DNA of 64,000 nt from Lepidodermella squamata (lineage: Eukaryota; Animalia; Gastrotricha): positions 1,302,001-1,366,000 of the forward strand of contig JBLDXI010000015.1 of the NCBI GenBank assembly GCA_047495785.1, given 5' to 3'. The notes under the pieces are model-generated. The model saw only the letters and a program-made list of their open reading frames with translations. It had not been told where the DNA came from and did no database searches. Position numbers and translations under genes: made by a program. Positions 49,600 to 59,357 of this stretch are shown here, one piece after another; within the stretch, counting starts at the first letter, position 1, and each line of letters opens with the position of its first letter.

Positions 49600-52500
49600 A
49601 TGGCCGAGACTGTCAGATTTACCTCTTCGTCCATCGAACTGCTGAACGAAAGTTTATACCATGCGACGAATCAACCGCAGCCGGATTCTGGTGGAAATGC
49701 AACGGAGGACGAGCATTATGTCGAAGGTTTTGGCAGTGATTGCGTTAAAACGTTCGCCATGCACATTACTGCCATTGTGCTGTTCGTTGTTGGTGCGACG
49801 GGTAACATCGTTTCAGTTGGTGTCATGTCGCGCAGATCGCTCAGAGCCCGGTCTTTTTCACTCTCCCTTATCATTCTCGCTACACTCAATTCGCTGGCAC
49901 TGTTTTTCGAGGCCCTCACCTCAGCTGATACTCTAATATCGCAAGTAAGCTTTACTTATTTACCAATTATGTTGATCGAGTTTTCGAATTACACTATAAT
50001 TTTGAGAAATTGGTAGTACATTCCAAAAAAGCAGCAAATATCAGTTCAAGTAACGGTCACACAAAGCACATCGTCCTATTATATGAACCGTTAAAAAGAT
50101 GTGAGAATGAGGATTTTTCCTACATCTCACATGCAAGGTAGCACGTCCCAGATATTTCATGCTTTAATTCGAGCGTTGCTGGGATCCGGGAGCTTCTCTG
50201 AAAAAATGTATATACATTAAGGCATACACAATTGGTATCAATTTTCCCATTCATTTAACCCCTTAGTGTTTCCCTGTCTATAATTTGGAACAATCTTCGA
50301 CCTAAATCTCTTGACAGCATTTTCATTTCCAATTTTCTAGGACGCCTTTTACCCCTATGATCTTGATTAAATTCCACGAAAATTGCACGTCGATCGAATT
50401 TAATGCCTATCTAATGCGTCACTCCAACTCATATACCTTGATGGGCATTAATCTAAATGGGCATGGTCCTACTTGTTTGATGAGCATTCCAGAGGACCTT
50501 GCCTAGCTGACCAGGCCCTGACAGGGTTATCAATATTTAAAATTGTGAATTTATTCCTCAGAATATTTCATTCGAGAGAAGCCTCCAGTGGACGATGTGT
50601 ATCATGAAGTTCTTTAAAGTTCTTTACTGTCAACCTGTCCTAAAACAAAAACCAGCTGAACGCTGAAATGCTGATAAACTTACCATAATTGGTAGATAAT
50701 TGGAGATATTAGCGAAAACTGGAATATCTGGACTTCAAATTGGTAGTACTAAGAACTGTCATGTTATATATTTTTTCAGTCCTATGGATCATTAGAGGAG
50801 CATATCGGCGCTATTGGATGCAAGCTGTACCGTTTCTTACCAGCCGTCATTCAACTGATGGATCACTGGGTTGTAGTTTTCATCACAACTGAGCGATTCG
50901 TTGCAGTTTGCTTTCCTCGGTCGTTGAGTAAAGTCTTTTCAGAGCGAAATTCCCGAATCTATTTCGTCATGATGTTCGCCCTTGTTGTCGCGACGCAACT
51001 CTGGCGACCTTATCTGGACTCTCAAGAGGTTTGCTGCTTCAAATTTGTTAATTTCTATAACTCACTGATTTTCCGATAGCCTGCAACTTATAAAAATGAC
51101 TCAGATGGCAATCAGATAGTTGACACCCCTGCGACTTGTAGCGCGGCTGAAATAGCGCTATACGTCGATTTGGACGCCTTTCTTCATCAACTTGCTCTAC
51201 TGTTCTTCTTCCCAGCCGTGGCTATCATGATCATGAACACAGCTGTGATAACTAAACTTTACCACGACAGTCGCCTTCGAGCGGCGAAGCAGCGGCTAAA
51301 GTTGCAAGGCTTAAGTTCTGCTGATGGAAAGTTGCCAGAACTGAGCAAGAAACTGCTCGGCATGCGGAATAAGAACGGATTTGTTAACAACACATCGGCA
51401 TACCTGGCTTCTCCTGATGACGTTAAACAAGCGGCCATTGCAAGGTCTGTGTCGAAGACTGCGAGTGAGGCGGAGCAACGGATAAGGAAAGCCACGCTTC
51501 TACTGCTGACTATTACCTGCAGTTTCTTGCTTTACATCACACCTCAGCTGGCGCTACTGCTTTATGTTCGATTGACGCATTTGATGGGAGGCGGAGAAGC
51601 TGGATTCGATGCTTTCCTGAAAGTCTGTCGGGTGAGTCACTATTACGAATTCTATTACCTGGAAAATCGATTGCCTTGCTTTTCAATTTTGAAATTGCTT
51701 ATTATTTTGCTCGTCGAAATCTCGAATATAATAGGACGAAATAGCAAAATCAGTCCTTCCACTGGCCATCAAAAGTCCGTGGAGAAAAAGTTGGAAACAG
51801 AACTACAAAATGTTGCCCCTGGTGGGACTCGAACCCACAACCCTCGGATCAAAAGTCCGATGCGATAGCCTTTTCGCCACAAGGGCTTCTCGGGGAATTT
51901 ACCTTCCGTTTTGGCTTTGAATCAGCTTTCAATATTCATCCAACGAAAATGATGACACCTGACGCAATAGGTAACTCCCAACGTCAAAGTAATTAAGGGC
52001 GCTTGTTTTTTCCCGAGAAGCAATAAAAGAGGTTATTGCAACATATTGCATCATTCCGGCTAAGCTTTTACCTGTAGAACATGAGGGTAAGACCAATACT
52101 GTAGACGATGTTCGGTAAGCCCTTGTGGCGAAATGGCTATCGCATCGGACTTCTGATCCGAGGGTTGTGGGTTCAAGTCCCACCAGGGGTAAAAACTTTT
52201 GAAACCGCCGATCAAATTTTCATTTTGTCTTAACTTGTGTTGTGTAATACATTTCTTTGCATAATTTTACTATCTCTATTCCAGGCTCTAAATTTCACCA
52301 ACCTATTCGCTGCTATAAGCTACGCGGACAACTTCTTCATCCAACTGGTTGCTGACGAGAAGTTTCGACTAGAGCTCAAGTTCATGTTATGTAGCTGGTT
52401 AGGCAAATGTCTGCCGATTTTCGAGAAAATCTACCAGAAGGAGCGCCAGCGGCAACGTTCGTTACGGGCTAGCAAGTATGTGAATGACTCTACTGCGGCT

Positions 52501-52902
52501 CATCTCGCGAGAAGACGTTCAATGCTTCCACCAACGGAGGATAATGACAAATGCGGGTCGAGTGATTTACTCAATGCGTTCTTCGACAACGTGGACCGGC
52601 CAACGACGCACAAAGTGTTGCCGCAGAAGAGTATAGACGAGAAAATGGAGTTCATTATGAAGTATCCGGTCAAACAGCCGAGTTACGACGCCGAGGTTAC
52701 GATCAGTATAAAAGTGCCGGCTAAAGTTGGAACTGGTATTGTTTCTCGCCTGAGTCGGCGTAGTGATGAAGGCAAGGACGGTGAGGCAGCTTCTCCGGAA
52801 GCTGACTCTCTGACTAGTGAAGATCTTTCCAACTGCAAGCGATGCAGTCTAGCGGCGTTCGACACCCTAGACTCGTTGGGATCCCCGTACGATTCCAACT
52901 AG
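49600..52902 (+). CDS. Rhodopsin-class GPCR, paralog 7
   Basis: GATGNIVSV, HWVVVFITTERF, ISYADNFF. Last intron 51632-52284 hosts two tRNA genes. Confidence 0.88.
51814..51886 (-). tRNA. tRNA gene with Arg-UCU body but UUU (Lys) anticodon; possibly a pseudogene
   Basis: GCCCTTG TG GCGA AAAGGCTA TCGC A TCGGA CTTTTGA TCCGA GGGTT GTGGG TTCGAGT CCCAC CAGGGGC A folds into a full cloverleaf. A TTTT terminator lies 3 nt downstream. Confidence 0.85.
52119..52191 (+). tRNA. trnR-TCT: tRNA-Arg(UCU)
   Basis: Full cloverleaf with anticodon loop CTTCTGA and A/B boxes (TGGCGAAATGG, GGTTCAAGTCC). TTTT at 52197-52200. The body resembles metazoan Arg-TCT. Confidence 0.9.
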
Positions 52903-53283
52903 CATTTTTCATCTGCTTATATTATGTTTTCCAAAGATGACATTGATATTTTTGCATCTAAACGGGAACTTGAAAAGCAATAAAGAGAATATGTGAAAAA
53001 CAGTGTTTTCATTACTTTCTAGGCAATTTAGATTAATTTTCTAATTTCATTACAATTGTATGTGCATACTGTAGCTCATGGTAACTGCGGACAATTTCCG
53101 TTTTGCAGTTAAATAGCTTTGCAACACGAACGGTTGTAAACTGTAAACACAGGGTGGGTTGCGTAAAATACTCCGCCTTTCAAGCTTTTCAATGGCGACG
53201 GCCCAAGGTGACTGGACAAATCTCGCTTTATTGAGAAATATTTAAACATTATGAGCAGGGAAAATCAGAAGTCAATATGACTA

Positions 53284-53328
53284 GTCTGACGTATACGTTT
53301 CGTCTCGGCCAAGAGACTCATCAGAGAC
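53284..53328 (-). ncRNA. Minimal type I hammerhead ribozyme
   Basis: Minus strand reads GTCT-CTGATGA-GTCTC(TTGGCC)GAGAC-GAAA-CGTATACG-TC-AGAC. The catalytic core is intact, stems I and II pair, stem III is palindromic, and the cleavage triplet is GUC. Confidence 0.9.
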
Positions 53329-53714
53329 CTTAGTTAAGAAATATCACTGGCCACGCAATCTAGTATGGAGTCCAATTAACTATTCGAAACCATATGAAAA
53401 CCATTAACTATGAAAATTGGGCATAGTGAGGTCGAAATTGCGTCTCAAGAAGAAATCCAGGAGTGAAAACTTGTCGACCTTCAGGCAAAACCGGCTCATT
53501 TTAGGCCTAATGTCCTTATTTACCAAATCATCCTCGAATAACAAAATTTAGCCTCCAAGGCCATTTTCCGCAAGCTGCTCTATTTTTGGATTTCATCTTG
53601 CAAATTGGACGTCGCTAGTTAACGTTTCATACTTCATGCCAAAAGCGTTTTAAATCAACATAAAGCCATTAGACGTAGCTACGTAGCTTTTAGGGATCCT
53701 TATTTTCAAGTGAG

Positions 53715-53782
53715 TAAGAAAAAATGAAAATTTGATCGGCGGTTTCAAATGTTTTTACCCCTGGTTTGTTTCCAAATTTTTC
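53715..53782 (-). repeat. Inverted, internally deleted copy of the tRNA-pair cassette ends
   Basis: 53715-53765 is the reverse complement of 52182-52232 (49/51). 53767-53782 is the reverse complement of 51784-51799 (15/16). Confidence 0.8.
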
Positions 53783-55136
53783 ACATTAGGAATTAGATGG
53801 TAGGTGATAGGACTAATAGCACAGTACTTTGCCATGTCGGCCCATTCCCTTCGAGATGTCGATGTAAAAAATTATAAGAAATTTTACAATTAAAATCGCG
53901 GATAGGAATAGGGATTCCAGATTCCAGACATTAGATGTGCCTGATCGAGCATTATTAGGTTAACGGATAACCCACGTAGCCAAAAATTAAGGTCGTCAGA
54001 ATTCAGGAATTCAGGAAGTCAACAGTAGAAGCGTGGCTTTCTTGGGGTGTCCACTATCTGATTGACATCTGAGTCATTTTTATAAGTTGCAGGCTATGAG
54101 CTATGAGCTACGAGGAAATTAGGAATTTAAATAATTGCATAAAAGCGACGCTGCAAACCTCTTTAGAGTCCAGATAAGGTCGCCAGCGTCGCAACAACGA
54201 GGACGAACATCATGACGAAGTAGATAGCTACGTCTCATGCATAAATCAGGTCGAATTCATAAAATCGCCAAAATTTGTAAATAAATTGGATACCACCTTA
54301 TACAAATTTTAAAAAAATATCACAAGTTTCTGCTTCAAGGCTCGATTTTTGATCTTCGAAAACATTGTTGTTCAAAAGTACCCGCGCTATACGGTACACG
54401 CGGATAAATTAGCTTATCTTTTTATCAGCATTGTTGCGTGTGTTCGCAAAATAAAACCACCAAGGGAAGCATGCAAAGAGACCTTTGAATCAATTTCTTG
54501 AGAAATGGACACTTATGCTTACGTTTGAAAAACAATTTTTCCAGAGTGTTTTTCCTCGCCAATTTCTTTTTGAATTTCTATTTCGCGTTTGTCGCTGTCT
54601 GTTATCAGTGTATTGTATTGACTTCCCTCGTTCATCGACACGTGATTTTAACTCTGTTTGTTTTCAAACTTCACCACATAGCAGGAAACAAGAAGTCTTT
54701 AAAACTAGAGCAGTAAATGCGATTACAGCATCGGCGCAACCATTTAATGCACACACATCTCGTAGCGCATCAAAAAACTGCCGGAAAATGGCGATATGGT
54801 GTGCGATTATTGCCGGCTAAAAGTCTTATCGCGCGTAATTGATTCCAGCTCCCTGGCGATTCATGATTTCTCTCTTGTTTATACCTGCCATTTTCAATGA
54901 ACCGACACCTGTGCTCATACAATAAATAGAAATATATATCGCACACAAAATGCAATATATCAGGAGGAAATTCGTTTTTTACGCCCGAAAACGTGATTTG
55001 GCACCCAAAATCGATGCAGTGTTATCTCGATGAATCGCAAAATGCTTTTTCACAGAAATTGACTCACTTTTTTAGTAAATTTTCGCCTAATATACCTCAC
55101 GATTTTTTTATTGTGTTTGCTTACTCATTTAATTGC

Positions 55137-56954
55137 ATGCTGCATGACGAAGAAATAATGACAACTCCGCCAATGTCAAATGGTTCAATTTTAGACACGA
55201 CGGATATGCCGGATACATTTATTCCGTTCCTTATATTTGAGCGCGGCAATTCATCCAGTTTCGCGAATGACACAAAGCCAGCTGCAGACGTTGAATGCGT
55301 TACACTTACTCAGATTATCACCGTTCTGGTGTTGTGTCTTCTCGGAATTTTCGGCAACATGCTCGCACTAGTTGTTATGAATCGCGCTAGCAGGAAGGAC
55401 GGCCGAAATTCTAGGAAAACCTACCCCTTCACGCTGAGTGTTCTAGCAGTAACAGATTCAATAGTTCTACTATTCGATGCTATCGAGTCTTGCAGTAAAA
55501 TCAATGTTCACGTCACTCAGCGGCCTGATTTGGACATCGAATCGCAGCTGGACTCTTTTGGTTGTGCAACTTGGCGCTTTCTGATACCTATTTGCCGGCT
55601 CATCTCACACTGGATTGTCGTTGCAATAACTGCCGAGCGATTTCTAGCCATCTGTTTCTACTTCAAAGTCAAAGTCTCGCCGCATAGGTCGAAAATCGTT
55701 GTGGTCATTGTTTGCCTCACTGCTGTGATGTCTCAGATTTGGAGGTTATTTTACGACCGCAGATCTGTAAGTTGTTCGTAAGCTCAAGTTAATTTTCTAA
55801 ATGTCTTGATTCGTCTAGAAATACATTTTCCCAATCAATGGAACAAATTCTACCTCAAACGAAACAAGAAGCTGGTATGCATGTGGACCTCCACAAAGCC
55901 AAGTCTTGACCTACATCAAAGTCGACCAATTCTACCACAAAACCGTGCTACTGTTCGCATTTCCCGCCTTCGGAATACTCGTCATGAACACTGCTGTCAT
56001 CATCAAGTTGTATAGAACGCATTTGAGCATGAAAAAACTGGGAGGTGGCTATTTCACTGGTCGAGCGACTCGAACAACAAGGCGAATGTTACCGGTTAGA
56101 AGTTCAAGCTACATGCCAAGCCGGTCTGAAAGCATACTTTCGACCTCAACTGATGTCACGTGTTGCGGGAGTAAGGCTTCAACAGTTTCGCGAGGCTCGT
56201 CAATCGTCTCGAGGCGGAGTCGAGTTAGCACGGCCCTTCTTTTGTTCAGCCGATTCTCATCTACAACAACAGAGTCGTCGAATGGTAGTGACGAGATTGT
56301 TCAAACAGTGCTAAGCAACGACGAGCGCGCTTTCTTGAAGACGAGTTTACTCCTTCTAGCGGTGACTATGAGCTTCCTTATCTGCATTGTGCCGGAACTG
56401 GTCATGTGCCTCTACGTTCTTATCACGCATCTGGTTGTGAGCCCTGAAACGGCAAGGTCGATTTTCACGCAGCTGTGCAAGGTGATCAAGGTCACGGAAA
56501 TCGTCACAACATTCGGCTACGTTGACAACTTCATGTGAGTTTCGCTCAAACTAAATCTGCAATTTCTTGACATTTTCAATTTAGAATTTTCTCGTTTGCT
56601 TGTAACAAATTTCGCCGTGAGGTTTTGATAATTTTCTTCAAGTTTTTTGGCCGCTGTTCTAAACGGTGCGATGACTATTACTATGGCCTGAAATCAGAAG
56701 CTGGCTGCCGAAGGTATTTGAGAGCCACCGTTTCTGTGTCTATAACGCCGCGAAATGCTGGGAGATCAAGCGTGAAAACTTCCAGTACAACCACAAGTAC
56801 TACGCGGCGAACCCTGGGGCAGCAGTGCCCTATTGAAGAGACGACGGAGTTCATGGTACCAGGTTCTCCTCGCTTAGATTCCGTTTTCATGGACACACCC
56901 CCGACTGCACCTAGGCTGAGAACAATCGCTGAGGATATGAAGACTATTTTATAA
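55137..56954 (+). CDS. Rhodopsin-class GPCR, paralog 8
   Basis: GIFGNMLAL, LAVTDS, HWIVVAITAERF, ICIVP, FGYVDNF. Two introns; start is 55137 or 55158. Confidence 0.87.
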
Positions 56955-57110
56955 AATAAAAGCACCAGAAATCGATTTTTTGATTGTTTGTCGTAATTTT
57001 TGCCGGGTCACTTTCTATATTATACAAGTCCAGAAAACAGGAAGGCTGACCAGTTGATCCTAAAAATATGGCCACACCCAAAAACGCTCAATTTCCTGTT
57101 TGGCAATGAA

Positions 57111-57118
57111 TGACGTCA
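57111..57118. promoter_or_regulatory. Perfect CRE palindrome upstream of the NHL gene
   Basis: TGACGTCA lies about 190 nt upstream of ATG 57307. A single 8-mer can occur by chance. Confidence 0.3.
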
Positions 57119-57306
57119 TACGCGGCGTATTGAGCGTTATTAATAAATTCTTTTTTTTATTCAACGCGTGAATATGTGCGTCTATAGCAACACGCTGTCG
57201 ATTGATTGCGCGAGGATCAAAGGATTTGTGTTGACAAGGTGTGCATATAATTTATCCTACTCTCATAGTTGGTAATAAAAATAGTGGAGTAGAAATGTGC
57301 TGAGAA

Positions 57307-59221
57307 ATGGCAGATTACGCGTCCAAGACTCGGCTCCACGGGACAACTGGTGGCTTCAAAGGTCGATATTTCGAACCAACAGGCCAAGCTGCCTTATCTT
57401 CTCGTCAGCTACGCCAAGATGAATGGTGGTATTCAGGCTGCGTTTCAAATGCCGCTATCGCCTCATCAAATAGCAGTAAGAATTTTCAAATTAAAATTGG
57501 TTAATATCATTTGAAATTTACAAGGTCATGCTTGTAAAAGTACGATTCTCGAAGACCATCGAAATCTTCATCTCTTCGAAAGTGTCATTATGACGAATTG
57601 TATGCGAAAAATCAACACGGAAGTCTCTCGTAACTACCGCGAAAAGACAATCGATGAAAAGTTGAAAGAAGACTGGGCTCCATTTCTTTTCGAAGTCGCA
57701 AGACGCGGTTCTGGCGAGGGAGAAATCTTGTACCCTCGAAGTGTTAGCTGTGCGTTAACTGGCGACATTGCTGTAGCTGACTGTGATAACAACCGGATAC
57801 AAATTTACAATGGCTACGGCATCTGGAAGGATACTATCGACTGTGGTGGCATTTTAGACCGGCCCACAACTATAGCCATGTCCGCCAACGAATCTGCCGC
57901 TAAATTGGGGGCCATCGCCGACCACAGTAACTATGTCTATATCGTGAATATCGAAAGTTTGAAAATTGTCTGCCAAATCAATGTCGGCTACAGGTCAGCG
58001 ACTGTTGGCTGGACTGTATCTGGACATCTGCTTTGCGTCAGACCTTACACAGCTTCTATCGAGAAAAACATGTTCATGACAATTGATGTATTCGGTGTAG
58101 TTAGAAAAGGCTCAGATTCAGTTGCTAGTCCTGCAATGACGATTCAGGTCGAAACTCCTTTCCCCACTAGACGAAGAACACCATACTCCCCAATCATTCA
58201 ACCATTCTACGCTGATGAAAACTGCTTTATGATTGGCCATAGAGGAAACGAATGCATAGCTTGCGTCGATCTGAGAACTCGCAGGGTCAGATTTCGGATC
58301 CAATTGAAGTCACCTTTTGACGGCCTAGCTGTTGATATGGCCGATTTCGCGATGGATCCTAAAGTTCCTGACATCCTCATTGCCGCGGATCAAGCGAATC
58401 GATTCTTGATGTGCTGTCAATTCGACCCGCATAATAAAACACGGTCTGCCACGATTTATCAAACTCGAATTATTTCCAGGCCTCGTGATGGTATCGGCCA
58501 GGTTAGAAGGTGCGCGTTCTCAGTTTGGGGCCATGCCATAGCAGCCGAGTATGGCCAAGACCTTGAAACAGAGGAGGAATTAAGCAAGTCTCGCGATAAG
58601 ACTACGAAAACTAACCATCGCTTGACGGTCTTTCGAGTTCCTCATCGCAAATGCCAATGTCACGACTGGCAACCAGTGAAACAGCATAAGATGGATGCGA
58701 CAATTTACAACCGGGATGAAACGAGCCGGTCGACACATGAAGTCCGCCGTTCTTGCCCTGTTTGGATGAGAGAGAGTGGCATTTTGGAGGATGAGAAGCG
58801 ATTCTTAGATATTAACCGGGCTATCACACCTGATCCACCCGATCTTACACCAGAGCCTTCTATTCTAATCGATGAAATTGGCGTCACACCTGTTACAAGA
58901 GGCGATGGCCTCGAATTGGATGAGGAGCTCATTCCAGCAACTCATACCCCTCAGCAAAGACCATTGAGTCACGAAGAATCTCGAATAGAGCTGCCTGTAG
59001 TTGAGGAAGAAGCAGCCACGCCTCAAAGACCACCGAACCCCGAACCGGCGATTAAGGAGGAAGCTCCGAAGCAAGAAGCTCCACCTGCACCTCTAGATAT
59101 ACCGACCGGTGCTCCTTCTGAGGAGCCGAAAACTATCGTTATATTCGACCCAGCTCTCGTACGCAGCAAACCGAATACCCCGGCATCCAACGTTCGCAGA
59201 GACGTTGATTCAAACACATAA
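57307..59221 (+). CDS. NHL-repeat (beta-propeller) protein with Pro/Glu-rich tail
   Basis: RGSGEGEILYPRSVSCALTGDIAVADCDNNRIQIY is a typical NHL repeat. Intron 57476-57524 joins the 57307 ORF in frame. Confidence 0.8.
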
Positions 59222-59357
59222 TTCATTCTTACCTTTCCTTTCATTGTACTGTTTATTTCATTGTCAAGCCCTGCGTTCTCCTTCTCAATTTATGCTCCTA
59301 GCGCATTTTATACATTCCCATTTGGAACAATCTCTCGTTGTAGAGCAATAAAAATGT

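Noticed and set aside
51929-52183. 84-aa ORF MGLEPTTLGSEVRC, and the VAPGGTRTHNP tail of ORF 51170-51868
   Set aside because: These are antisense translations of the tRNA genes inside an intron.
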